Shown here one piece after another: positions 1 through 9,454 of a stretch of DNA of 63,961 bases. A program made the position numbers and the translations under genes. The stretch is from Treponema sp. GTDB lineage: Bacteria; Spirochaetota; Spirochaetia; Treponematales; Treponemataceae. The DNA lies in contig JAILKG010000057.1 in NCBI GenBank assembly GCA_024693915.1, positions 1-63,961 on the forward strand, in the 5' to 3' direction. The notes below the pieces were generated by a model. That model saw only the letters and a list, made by a program, of their open reading frames with translations, was not told where the DNA came from and made no database searches. The number at the start of each line of letters is the position of its first letter. The stretch's first letter is position 1.

Positions 1-1385
1 CTGGAAAGAGCTTCATAGGAAAGACCGTTACGAATCTTCATCATGGAAAGAAGGTCGCCGATGCGGGTTCTCAAATCGTTACATTTGAAGTACCAGTCCA
101 GGGCTTCGTCAGGGTCTCCTGCGTAAGAAAGGATAATTCCTCGCCAGTGACAGGCTGTTGAAAGAACAAATTTGTTGTCCAGCTCGTTTGCCAGAGTAAA
201 AGCTTCTTCGATATTTTCCAGAACTTCAGGCCTGTAACGGTCGCTGGAAACGGCATACCATGGAACAACCAGCAGGGTTTTTACATAATTGTTCGTCAGC
301 TTGTTCTTTTTCAAAAGTTCCAGAACCCGCTTGTACTTCTTTACCGCATCCTCGTTGTCAGAACGCTCTGTAATTATGTATTCCATCATCATGGCAAGGG
401 CATACAGAGGAGAATCCTTGGAGCTTGCCAGTTTTTGCTTTGCCAGAGTTGCATATTTTAAAGCCGTAGCATTGGAATTCTTTTCTGCCATTACCTTGGC
501 AAGATATATTAATGCCATGATGTTCATTTCATCATCGTACTGGGCTTCAAGAACGCTGTTAAAACAAAGGGTTGCAGAATCGTTCTGCTCAGCGTAGAAA
601 TAGGCAATTCCGCTTTCCATCTGAAGAGCCCTGCTCTGGAAGGTGTTGTAGCCGAATTTATCAAAACGGGAAGCAACCCAGTCAGCCAGATGCCTGTTCT
701 GGTCTACAGAAAGGAAAAGGCGGTTATTTCTAAAAGAATTGTAAAGAAGATCAAAATCCGGTAAATCTTCAATTAAATCGTCACTGCTTGGCTTTAAGGA
801 ATCTGTATCCTTGATGTTGGAAATATCAAAAAAGTTCTTCTGAGTGCTTATTTCTTCAAAAAAATCAATTACATTCTTTGGAGCGGCTTCCACCTTGATT
901 GAATCAAAGCAGAAAATAATGCGCCCGTTAAAAGAAGTCTTTTCCAGACTTCTGATAATGTCTATTGCTTCCTGCCCCATTTCCTGGGAATTCAGGACAA
1001 TTACATCACCTTCAAAAAAATAGTGGAAAAAGTTGGTTATTGTGTCACGGAATCTGCTTCTCTCGTAAAAAACTTCCTCTTCAATTACCAGGTCAAGCCT
1101 GTCTTTTGCCATTCTGTTTTCAAAGTAAGATTTAAAAACATCACGGTGCAAAGAATATGCGGTTTTGTCGATTACTTCCGGACGAGGTGGATTAAGTGAA
1201 AGGAGTTCCACAAAAGGTTTGGTTGGGGTATAGTCGTTTATCAGGTCTATTTTAATTACATTTTCAGGAAAAACATCCGGCAGCTGCTTCATCATTCCTT
1301 CTGTCAAAGATAAAAAACGAATGCGTTCTTCACTGCCTTTAAACAAATTTCCAATAAAAGAAGATAGAATTTCACTATAAGCCAT
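1..1385 (-). CDS. Large helical/TPR-like protein, N-terminal part only (runs off the window edge); possibly the sensor portion of a signalling protein
   Basis: Missing from the ORF track because its stop lies outside the window. Read manually: ATG at 1385 (MAYSEILSSFIGNLFKG...), open to base 1 (...STACHWRGIILSYAGDPDEALDWYFKCNDLRTRIGD...). TPR-like helices; sigma70 promoter directly upstream. Confidence 0.8.
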   Translation of the reverse strand, partial: MAYSEILSSFIGNLFKGSEERIRFLSLTEGMMKQLPDVFPENVIKIDLINDYTPTKPFVELLSLNPPRPEVIDKTAYSLHRDVFKSYFENRMAKDRLDLVIEEEVFYERSRFRDTITNFFHYFFEGDVIVLNSQEMGQEAIDIIRSLEKTSFNGRIIFCFDSIKVEAAPKNVIDFFEEISTQKNFFDISNIKDTDSLKPSSDDLIEDLPDFDLLYNSFRNNRLFLSVDQNRHLADWVASRFDKFGYNTFQSRALQMESGIAYFYAEQNDSATLCFNSVLEAQYDDEMNIMALIYLAKVMAEKNSNATALKYATLAKQKLASSKDSPLYALAMMMEYIITERSDNEDAVKKYKRVLELLKKNKLTNNYVKTLLVVPWYAVSSDRYRPEVLENIEEAFTLANELDNKFVLSTACHWRGIILSYAGDPDEALDWYFKCNDLRTRIGDLLSMMKIRNGLSYEALS

Positions 1386-1392
1386 AAGCGTA

Positions 1393-1421
1393 ATTATACC
1401 CTCAAAAATAAAATGTCGCAA
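1393..1421 (-). promoter_or_regulatory. sigma70-type promoter, predicted leaderless
   Basis: TTGCGA-N17-TATAAT-N7-ATG; no SD. Confidence 0.65.
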
Positions 1422-1531
1422 TCTTGCTGTTTGAAATCTTGCTTTTCAATTTACAAATAGATATACTAGGGGTAAAGGTTTTAGACAAAATTTAAAAAAT
1501 TGTCATAAAGGAAAAAATCAAAGGAGATTTT

Positions 1532-3451
1532 ATGGAACAGACACTCCCAAAAATGCTCAGAAAGACAACTTCTGATTTTCCGGAAATTATTGCTCAGCTT
1601 TCAAAACAGAAGGACGGAAACTTTGCACCGGTAACTTACCGCGAGCTTTATAAAACAGCTCTTGACGCTGGCGCAGGTCTTCTTTCAAACGGAGTAGTCC
1701 GCGGAGACTTAATCGGTTTAATTTCAGACAACAGAAAAGAATGGCAGCAGATAAGCATGGGTATCATGAGCATAGGCGCTATTGATGTTCCTCGTGGCTG
1801 CGACGCAACAATAAATGACCTGGAAGCAATCCTTTCAATTACAGAATGCAAATACATGGTTGCAGAAAACGCTTCCCAGATTAAGAAAATTCTTTCAATC
1901 AGAGAAAAACTTCCTTCCCTTCAGAAAATCATCGCCTTTGACATGCCTGGCCAGGAAGTGCTTGAAGAAGCTGAAAAAAATAAAATTGAAGTAAAAAGCT
2001 ATGAAAGCCTCTTAAAAGAAGGACAGACCTACAGAATCGAAAACAACGGCAAAATTGAAGAAGAACTGGAAAAAGGTCAGTGGGACGATTTAGCCTGCAT
2101 CATCTTTACTTCCGGAACAACAGGAACTCCAAAGGGTGTTGAACTCACACACGGTAACTTTTTGACTCAGCTGGACGAACTCCAGGAACGAATCTTCCTT
2201 AATCCTGGAGAAGTAGCCCTTTCAGTTCTTCCAGTATGGCACGTTTTTGAACGCCTTGTAGAATATGTAATCCTCATCCAGGCAGTTACAATCTGCTATT
2301 CAAAACCAATCGGTTCAATTCTCCTGGCTGACCTTCAGAAAGTACATCCTGTACTTCTCCCGGCCGTTCCTCGAGTTTTCGAAGCCGTTTACGACGGAAT
2401 CTATCGCAAAATGAGAAAAGCCGGCGGACTCACCTACGCACTTTTCAACTTCTTTGTAAAAGTTGCTATCATCCACTCCCGCATGCAAAGAAAGATGCTG
2501 AACCAGAACCCTTGTTTTACCCGCTACTACACTGTAGCATGGTGGTTCATTTTCTTTATCCCCTGGCTTCTTCTCTGGCCTCTCAAAGGGTTGGGAAACC
2601 TGATTGTTTTCCGCAAAATCAAGGCTATGCTGGGTAAAAACTTCCGCGCAGGTGTTGCAGGTGGCGGTGCTTATCCAAAAAATATCGACGAATTCTTCTG
2701 GGCAATCGGCGTAAATATCGTAGAAGGCTACGGAATGACTGAAACCGCACCGGTTATTGGTGTACGCCCAATTTCCTGCCCGATATTTGGAAATGTTGGT
2801 TCACCAATCCGCGGCGTAAAAGCCAGAATCGTTGACCCTGAAGACGGCTTCATCCTGAAACGTGGAGAATTCGGTTCAATTCAGGTAAAGGGTGGAACCG
2901 TAATGCGGGGCTACTACAAGCGCCCTGACCTTACCGCTAAAGTTATGACTGTAGATGGCTGGCTGGACACAGGCGACCTGGGAATGATGACAATTCACGA
3001 CGAAATCGTTATCAAGGGTCGAAAAAAGGATACAATCGTTCTTCGCGGTGGTGAAAACGTTGAACCTGTACCGATTGAGCAGAAATTGAACGAATCCCGC
3101 TTTATCAAACAGTCGGTTATAGTTGGACAGGACCAGAAATATCTGGGCGCCCTGATTCTGGTTGACGAAGAAGAAATCAAGAGCTATGCCGCAGAAAACG
3201 GACTTCAGTACGACACATACGAAAATCTCCTTAAGTCTGACGATATCTTAAAACTCTACGATTCAGAGATTAACACTCTGGTTAATCCAAAGAACGGCTT
3301 TAAAATGTTCGAGCGCATAAACAAGTTTGCCCTCATTACAAAACCTTTTGAAGTTGGTGTTGAACTTTCCGCAAAGCAGGAAATTATGCGCTACAGGCTC
3401 ACAGAAATCTACAAAGAGCAGATTGCAAAGATTTTTGAAGAAGAACAGTAA
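1532..3451 (+). CDS. fadD: Long-chain fatty acid-CoA ligase (AMP-binding)
   Basis: IFTSGTTGTPKG, EGYGMTE and GWLDTGD motifs; SD GGAG. Confidence 0.9.
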   Translation: MEQTLPKMLRKTTSDFPEIIAQLSKQKDGNFAPVTYRELYKTALDAGAGLLSNGVVRGDLIGLISDNRKEWQQISMGIMSIGAIDVPRGCDATINDLEAILSITECKYMVAENASQIKKILSIREKLPSLQKIIAFDMPGQEVLEEAEKNKIEVKSYESLLKEGQTYRIENNGKIEEELEKGQWDDLACIIFTSGTTGTPKGVELTHGNFLTQLDELQERIFLNPGEVALSVLPVWHVFERLVEYVILIQAVTICYSKPIGSILLADLQKVHPVLLPAVPRVFEAVYDGIYRKMRKAGGLTYALFNFFVKVAIIHSRMQRKMLNQNPCFTRYYTVAWWFIFFIPWLLLWPLKGLGNLIVFRKIKAMLGKNFRAGVAGGGAYPKNIDEFFWAIGVNIVEGYGMTETAPVIGVRPISCPIFGNVGSPIRGVKARIVDPEDGFILKRGEFGSIQVKGGTVMRGYYKRPDLTAKVMTVDGWLDTGDLGMMTIHDEIVIKGRKKDTIVLRGGENVEPVPIEQKLNESRFIKQSVIVGQDQKYLGALILVDEEEIKSYAAENGLQYDTYENLLKSDDILKLYDSEINTLVNPKNGFKMFERINKFALITKPFEVGVELSAKQEIMRYRLTEIYKEQIAKIFEEEQ

Positions 3452-3477
3452 AAATCAGTCTGAAGTAAAATAAAACT

Positions 3478-3525
3478 AAAAAACGCGTCATTTCGAAGTT
3501 CACTTCATTTGGCGCGTTTTTTTTT
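3478..3525. terminator. Bidirectional intrinsic terminator with a 14-bp insertion in its loop
   Basis: A-tract, CGCGTCA...TGGCGCG stem, T-tract; lies between convergent genes. Confidence 0.7.
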
Positions 3526-3530
3526 ATTAT

Positions 3531-3731
3531 GGCGCAGGGGCTCTTCCCACGGGCTTTCCGGGGCCCGCCTAAGGCTCGGTCTCCCCGGCGCTTTTATCTT
3601 AAAAAAAATGGCGGCCTCCAGGCTCTTTTAAGCCATCTGCCGCCATTTAGTAAGTTTTATCGAGTATTAAAAGCGCCGGCTCGCCTTGTGGCTTCCTTTT
3701 CAGTCAGCCACAACCCCTCCAGGCCCGGCGC
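3531..3731 (+). repeat. Structured repeat family A, copy A1
   Basis: CCAC-GGGC-TTTCC-GGGG ... CCCC-TCCAG-GCCCG; same frame as the copies at 35697, 43620 and 53368. Confidence 0.75.
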
Positions 3732-3756
3732 AGGCAAATTCTGAATCTTTTTATTC

Positions 3757-5331
3757 CTACACCCTGATTTCCAGGGCTCCCGTTTTTTTGTCCCTTCTTT
3801 CTTCAAAAAAATCCCCGCTGGAAGCATTTTTTACAGTTCCAGATTTTCCGCTGGAAACCCCGCCCTTTTCAGGTTTGCTTCCACCTTCAGCATTTCTTCC
3901 ACCGCGAGCAAGGGAAGCTTTTTCCACTTCCAGCAGGTCTCCGCTTTCAATATTTTTCCCGCTTGAGTTTATCACCAGCAAAAGGCCCTGACTGCTACAG
4001 GCATAAAAACCTTCCCCTCTTCCAGGCAGGCGGATAGGGTCACTTGCAATTCTTACAAGAAGCTTTTCTGAGTCAAAAGAGCCTTTCTTGTATCCGTCGT
4101 ATCCGCCGGCAGTATTTTCTGCCTGAGGGCTTCCTCTCTTTTCAAACTTCAGGACTTCCTGGCTTTTTTTAGCATATACAAAGCTTATTACAGCCCTTTC
4201 CTTTGGAAGCCCCGCCTGGCTGGAAAGCTTTAAAAGCCTTGCCGGTGCATCTTCTGTAGAAAAATCAAAATTGCACCACTTAGCACTTCCACCATAGCGG
4301 GCGTGTTTTCCGCTCATGGGGCAGCTTTCTGCATGAGGACATGGAGACTGTATGTTATACCCCTTAGAAATAAACCTGTCCCTCATCAGGCTAACAAAAT
4401 GGGCTGCCTGAGGCATTCCTGGCTCTGCAATAAAGAAGGCAGACCTTTCCTGAAGGGCATATTTTTTTAGCTCTGCAATCTGGCTGTCAGCAAGATTTTC
4501 TGCTCCATCCTTTCCGCCTGCCTTCTGTTCAATTTCGTTAAACATGTTTGCGGACACAACCAGAGCCGCCTTATTTCTTATTTCAGTTCCGCAGGAGCCT
4601 TTGATGCGGATTATATTCCAGTGGGGCAGGCTTTCAGGATTTTTAGGCGGCGTTTTTGATGCCACTGAAAGGTAAAGATCCTCCCCCAAAGCCATTGTGC
4701 TTGAAGACAAGTCCATACAGTACCAGGTAAGTTTTTTTTCCCTCAGTTCAGGCCGGCTGAGCCACAGGGCAATCACCGCCGTCAAAGGGCCGCTTCCAAT
4801 ATCCAGACAGTAATCCTCATCTTTAAGATTAAAAGCATCACTTTTTAGAGATGCAAAAACTCTTGTAAGACGCACCAGATTCCACCAGGTAAAATAGCGG
4901 ACATAAGCGCTTAATTCTTCGTTGGCATTCATATAACCTGAACGGCGGTTTTCCCGTTCATCAGTTAAAAGGTGGGAAAGTGCCCTTATATCCTTTGGCA
5001 GCTGCTGAAACTGCCTGCTGTTCAAAGGTCTTACCCCCTGAACGATATTGTCAAAATTTTCCAGAAGATTCCGGCTGTCTTTAGGAAGCCTTTCCAGAAG
5101 AAAGAGTTTTTCGTTTTTAAGGATTTTTGCATCTAATTCTTCATTTTTCCAGGAAGAAGGGCCCTGGCTTTCAGTAGATCTTTCTTTTGCAGAAGTTCTT
5201 GCCTCTTCCAGCCGCCCTTCCCGCTTTTTTTCAAAAAATTCGTTACGCTCTTTGTTGTAGGCCTTTCTTTCATTTTTTGCCTTTACAACCCTGTCGTTTT
5301 TCTGAAATTTTTCGTAAAATTTTTCTGCCAC
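3757..5331 (-). CDS. Rsm22/METTL17-like SAM-dependent methyltransferase-fold protein
   Basis: LDIGSGP SAM motif, IAEPG, and SPCPHAESCP...WCNF cysteine motif typical of the Rsm22 family; GTG start. Confidence 0.75.
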   Translation of the reverse strand: MAEKFYEKFQKNDRVVKAKNERKAYNKERNEFFEKKREGRLEEARTSAKERSTESQGPSSWKNEELDAKILKNEKLFLLERLPKDSRNLLENFDNIVQGVRPLNSRQFQQLPKDIRALSHLLTDERENRRSGYMNANEELSAYVRYFTWWNLVRLTRVFASLKSDAFNLKDEDYCLDIGSGPLTAVIALWLSRPELREKKLTWYCMDLSSSTMALGEDLYLSVASKTPPKNPESLPHWNIIRIKGSCGTEIRNKAALVVSANMFNEIEQKAGGKDGAENLADSQIAELKKYALQERSAFFIAEPGMPQAAHFVSLMRDRFISKGYNIQSPCPHAESCPMSGKHARYGGSAKWCNFDFSTEDAPARLLKLSSQAGLPKERAVISFVYAKKSQEVLKFEKRGSPQAENTAGGYDGYKKGSFDSEKLLVRIASDPIRLPGRGEGFYACSSQGLLLVINSSGKNIESGDLLEVEKASLARGGRNAEGGSKPEKGGVSSGKSGTVKNASSGDFFEERRDKKTGALEIRV

Positions 5332-5332
5332 A

Positions 5333-5388
5333 GCGCACCACCCCTACGCCAATTTTTATTTATTGTAAAATAACTCGAATTTCAGCCT
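5333..5388 (-). repeat. Family C half-copy C1, overlapping the RBS of the downstream gene
   Basis: Minus strand AGGCTGAAATTCGAGTTATTTTACAATAAATAAAAATTGGCGTAGG nearly matches the copy starting at 56372. Confidence 0.8.
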
Positions 5389-5406
5389 ACTAAAAGCTGT
5401 AATTTC

Positions 5407-5730
5407 TTAAACTTTGATTTTCTTTGCGTAAAGATACAGTTCCGTCAGTTCCGCTTTAAGGCTGTGAATCTGGTTCATCAGCTCAAAATTTTCGTTTCTG
5501 GCATCCGCATCCTGAATCAGCTGATTTCTTGCTCCTTCAATTGTGAATTTCTTTTCGTAAATCAGGTATTTCAGGCGCTGAACCAGTTCAATCTCGTGAA
5601 AAGTGTAAATTCTTCGCCCCCCCACATCCTTCTGGGGAACAAAACCGGGAATCACCTCTTCCCAATATCTGAGAACATGGGCTTTTACTCCTGAAAGTTC
5701 TTCAACTTCACCAATTGAGTAAGTTTTCAT
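5407..5730 (-). CDS. MerR-family HTH transcriptional regulator
   Basis: YSIGEV...HVLRYWE...RRIY motif; overlaps the der stop codon. Confidence 0.85.
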   Translation of the reverse strand: MKTYSIGEVEELSGVKAHVLRYWEEVIPGFVPQKDVGGRRIYTFHEIELVQRLKYLIYEKKFTIEGARNQLIQDADARNENFELMNQIHSLKAELTELYLYAKKIKV

Positions 5731-7373
5731 TTTTCAAACCTGTCTTCCCACTTCTGACGGCTGGCCTTTATTTCAAACTGAACAGGAATTTTATCAAATC
5801 CTAAATCTTCTCTGACCCTGTTTTTAAGATAGGTCATGTAAGTTTCAGGTACAACTTCCGGTCTGGTAGCAAAAATCAGGAAAACAACAGGATTTGAGCT
5901 TTTCTGGGTCATGTAGCGGATTTTAAAATGAGCAGTTTTACTTGCCGGCGGCGGATATTTAAAAAGCCAGTCCTTTAGGGCCATATTCAGTCCGGCTGTA
6001 TCTATCTTTCTGTTCAGCTGACCGTACATTTCAATGGCCGTATTCAGCAAATCCTTAACGCCCTTTCCATTTAAGGCAGAAAGAGGAACAATTGGAGCAA
6101 ATTCCATCTGCCCGAACATTATGTTTATCCATTCCTTTTTTTTCTTAAAGGCTTTTTTGTCCTGATCTTCCTGGGTATCCCACTTGTTCAGAACAAAAAT
6201 AATTCCCCTGCCCCTTTCATAAGCCAGATTACAGATTTTTTTATCCTGTTCGGCAAGACCTTCCTGAGAATCTATCATCAAAAATACCAGGTCACAGCGA
6301 TCCAGAGTCTTAATTGCCCGGTTTACAGAATAATATTCTACATTTTCGTGAACCTTGGCTTTTCTTCGGATTCCGGCTGTATCCAGAACTTCAAATTTTC
6401 TTCCGTTGTATTCAAAAGCGCCTTCCACGGTATCCCGGGTAGTGCCCGCATAATTGCTTACAATTGAAAGATTTGAATGGGTAAGGCGGTTTGTCAGGGT
6501 AGATTTTCCCGTGTTCGGCTTACCTATAATTGCAATACGGATTGGAATATCCTTTTTGGTAATTTCCTTTACGTTAGAAAAATCGCATTTTTTAAGCAGA
6601 GCCTTCTGCAAATCGGCAATATTGTCGCCGTGGGCCGCAGAAATAAAGAAAAGCTCTTTAAATCCGAATTTAGCATAGTTCCAGGCCACGCTTTCGTTCT
6701 TTCCGCCTTCTGTTTTATTTACTGCGGCAATTACCTTGTTCCAGTAAGGACGGATTTTCTGAATAAATTCCTCGTCCTCACCTGTAATCTGCCCCGCTTC
6801 CAGAAGCAAAAGAATTACATCCGCTTTTTCAATCATTTCAAGTGAGCGCTCAACTACAAGCTCGTCAAGAACCGCTTCCATTGTGCCCACATCCCGCTGG
6901 AGTTTGTAACCGCCGGTGTCCACAAGGTGAACAGGTTTTCCATTTATAATTGCGGTTCCTTCTACAGGGTCTCGGGTTACACCAGGTGTTGGGTCTACAA
7001 TTGCAAGACGCTTCTGCATAAAGCGGTTAAAAAGAGTGGATTTTCCTACATTTGGTCGTCCGGCCAAAACTACAAGAGGAAGTCCGGAATACAATTTGCG
7101 GGCTACCCCGTTCCGTCTTTCTACAATATTTTCGTAATCATCAGGATCAGAAGTCTCATCACTGTCTTCAGAGTCAGCAGAAGCTTCTCCATAGTTTTCA
7201 TCAGAATCATCAAATTCGTCGCTGCCTTCTGCAGCTCCCCAGTCTACCTGGTCAGAGTCCTCTGCCTGCTCCAGACTTGAGTCTGAGCCATTTTCTATTT
7301 CCTGAATAATTTTTTCTTCTTCAGAAACCGGTTTTGGTTTTGAAAAATCAGGCTTTCTTTTCTTTTTTGCCAT
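5727..7373 (-). CDS. der: Ribosome biogenesis GTPase Der (EngA) with a ~97-aa charged N-terminal extension
   Basis: Two G domains (GRPNVGKS/DTGG/NKTE and GKPNTGKS/DTAG/NKWD) plus a KH-like C-terminus. Confidence 0.95.
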   Translation of the reverse strand: MAKKKRKPDFSKPKPVSEEEKIIQEIENGSDSSLEQAEDSDQVDWGAAEGSDEFDDSDENYGEASADSEDSDETSDPDDYENIVERRNGVARKLYSGLPLVVLAGRPNVGKSTLFNRFMQKRLAIVDPTPGVTRDPVEGTAIINGKPVHLVDTGGYKLQRDVGTMEAVLDELVVERSLEMIEKADVILLLLEAGQITGEDEEFIQKIRPYWNKVIAAVNKTEGGKNESVAWNYAKFGFKELFFISAAHGDNIADLQKALLKKCDFSNVKEITKKDIPIRIAIIGKPNTGKSTLTNRLTHSNLSIVSNYAGTTRDTVEGAFEYNGRKFEVLDTAGIRRKAKVHENVEYYSVNRAIKTLDRCDLVFLMIDSQEGLAEQDKKICNLAYERGRGIIFVLNKWDTQEDQDKKAFKKKKEWINIMFGQMEFAPIVPLSALNGKGVKDLLNTAIEMYGQLNRKIDTAGLNMALKDWLFKYPPPASKTAHFKIRYMTQKSSNPVVFLIFATRPEVVPETYMTYLKNRVREDLGFDKIPVQFEIKASRQKWEDRFEK

Positions 7374-7415
7374 TTTTCCCTCAATTTAAATAAAAAGGTC
7401 CCGTTTTTTCTGGGA

Positions 7416-9134
7416 CTAGAGTTTGTTCAATCTTTTTGATGAAATCGCCTGCAGTTCTTTTACTGTAAACTGAGAAAGAACTTCCTTGCTCTTCAAAATC
7501 AGTTTAGGGCTCATGCTCAAAGAGCGGATTCCCAGTCCCGCAAGAACCAGAAGACTTTCTTTTCGGCCGGCCATTTCTCCGCAGACAGAAACCTGAATTC
7601 CTTCTTTTTTGGCATTGGTTATTGTCATGGAAATAAGGCGAAGTACAGCAAGGTTAAATTCGTCATAAAGACCGCTCACATTGCTGTTTTCCCTGTCCAC
7701 GCCCATTGTGTACTGGGTAAGATCGTTTGTTCCCAGGCTAAAAAAGTCGCTGACTTTGGCAAGGCAGTCAGAAGTGATGGCGGCAGCAGCAGTTTCAATC
7801 ATAATTCCAATTGGAACTCTTTCGTCAAAAGGAATATTATCCGCCTTAAGCTCTTTCTTTACCTCGTCTGCAATTCTTAAGCACTGTTCCACCTGTTCTG
7901 CGGAAGTGATAAGAGGAAGCATGATTTTTAACTTTCCGTAAATGCTGGCCCTAAAAAGAGCCCTCAGCTGGGTTTTAAAAACCTGAGGGTATGCAAGGCT
8001 CAGGCGAACCGCCCGCATTCCCATAAGTGGATTTTTTTCTTCAAAAGCCGGAATATCTACGGCGTTTATAAGCTTGTCTCCGCCGGCATCCAGAGTTCGG
8101 ATTGTAACCGGCTTATCACCCATGGTTTCAAGGACGCTTTTATAGGCCTCAAACTGCTCTTCCTCATTCAGAGAGCGGGCGGCGGTATGGTGAGAGCTGT
8201 CCATCTTGGTCATGTAAAGGAATTCAGTTCTAAAAAGGCCGATTCCGTCAGCTCCCTGTTCCTTTGCAAATTTTGCTTCTTCCGGAGAACCGATATTGGC
8301 ATACAAAAGGAAGCGTTCCCCATCCCGGGTGCAGGCAGGCTTATCCCTGTATTCCTTTAGGGCTTCCTGCTCTTTTAAGTTTTTGGCAATTTTCTGGTTG
8401 TATTCAGCAATTATTTCCTGGTCAGGGTCTGAAAGAATTTCACCGGTATCGCAGTCGATAATTACAGTTTCACCGTTGGAAATTTTTCGTTTTATACTGG
8501 CCTCATGAATTCCCACAAGAGTTGGAATTCCGTAGTTTCTTGCAAGAATTACCACATGGCTTGAAATTCCCCCTTCTGTAAGGGCAAGACCGGCAATTCT
8601 TCTTTTGGAAAGAATAATTGTGTCGGTAGGACTAAGGCTCTGGGCAATGATTACGGAACCGTCCGGCACCATATTGATATCAAAAGGATGAATACCCAGC
8701 ATTTCGTTTAAGACACGACCAAAGATATCAGTAATATCCTGGGCTCTTTCAGCCAGATATTCGTTACCCGCATTGCGCAGGCGGGAAGCATATTCTTCAG
8801 ATTTGAACTCGATTGTAAATTCGATATTAAAGTGGTTTTCGTCGTAGTAGTCCCTTACTTCCTGAAGAAAAACAGGATCAGACAGCATGAGTATGTAGGC
8901 TTCAAAAATTTCACGCTGAACAGAAGTAGACTTATCGTTTGGAAGTTTGGAGAGTTTTTCTGAAATATCCTGAGAGACAATGGTTCTGGCATCTTCAAAG
9001 CGCTGCCAGCCCTTTTCCATATCTTTTGGCTGAACTTTTGTCTGAGGAATAATTCGCTTTACCGGCTCGGGAATTATAAAAGCCGAACCTACACCAATAC
9101 CATCTGCGGCTGAAATGCCAAGAAAAACTTCCAT
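7416..9134 (-). CDS. ptsI: PTS enzyme I
   Basis: GGISSHVVILAR phospho-His motif, GIGLFRTEF, RTLDAGGDK, GTNDLTQY, CGEMAG. Confidence 0.95.
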   Translation of the reverse strand: MEVFLGISAADGIGVGSAFIIPEPVKRIIPQTKVQPKDMEKGWQRFEDARTIVSQDISEKLSKLPNDKSTSVQREIFEAYILMLSDPVFLQEVRDYYDENHFNIEFTIEFKSEEYASRLRNAGNEYLAERAQDITDIFGRVLNEMLGIHPFDINMVPDGSVIIAQSLSPTDTIILSKRRIAGLALTEGGISSHVVILARNYGIPTLVGIHEASIKRKISNGETVIIDCDTGEILSDPDQEIIAEYNQKIAKNLKEQEALKEYRDKPACTRDGERFLLYANIGSPEEAKFAKEQGADGIGLFRTEFLYMTKMDSSHHTAARSLNEEEQFEAYKSVLETMGDKPVTIRTLDAGGDKLINAVDIPAFEEKNPLMGMRAVRLSLAYPQVFKTQLRALFRASIYGKLKIMLPLITSAEQVEQCLRIADEVKKELKADNIPFDERVPIGIMIETAAAAITSDCLAKVSDFFSLGTNDLTQYTMGVDRENSNVSGLYDEFNLAVLRLISMTITNAKKEGIQVSVCGEMAGRKESLLVLAGLGIRSLSMSPKLILKSKEVLSQFTVKELQAISSKRLNKL

Positions 9135-9141
9135 AACGTCT

Positions 9142-9171
9142 ATTATAACAAAAGGATTTATAAGGTGTCAA
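9142..9171 (-). promoter_or_regulatory. Consensus sigma70 promoter of ptsI, predicted leaderless
   Basis: TTGACA-N18-TATAAT-N7-ATG with a TGn extension; no SD. Confidence 0.8.
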
Positions 9172-9343
9172 ATAAAGGTTAAAAAAAGCGCCGGACAAAG
9201 GCATTTAACTTTTTATTACATAAAAAATAATTTTAACACAAAGCCAAAAAATCGGGTCCCAGCGACGACGAAAATCAGGGTACCTTCCCCTTGGGCCCCC
9301 GTCCCAATTTTGTGGCTTTACCTGCTCTCGTTTTTCATATATA

Positions 9344-9453
9344 GAACTACAATGCCTTTGCTCCGCGTCACCCACAAGCAGAGCATTTTTGCCCCACGAT
9401 TCGTTCTCTTCCGCCAATTTTAAATTTATTTCAGCAAACTAGAAATTAAGGCT
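9344..9453 (-). repeat. Family C copy C2 (truncated)
   Basis: Reverse complement of 9360-9453 matches 63821-63914 at 90 of 94 positions. Confidence 0.9.
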
Positions 9454-9454
9454 A

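Noticed and set aside
3529-3744. Small ORFs over intergenic GC-rich tracts (also 9205, 13243, 23758, 35695, 43655, 43733, 58180, 58923)
   Set aside because: They coincide with the structured repeats and lack RBS and protein-like composition.
9253-9310. G-tract fragment (GGGGGCCCAAGGGGAAGG on minus) as a fifth family B copy
   Set aside because: Lacks the linker and paired stems; too degenerate to assign.
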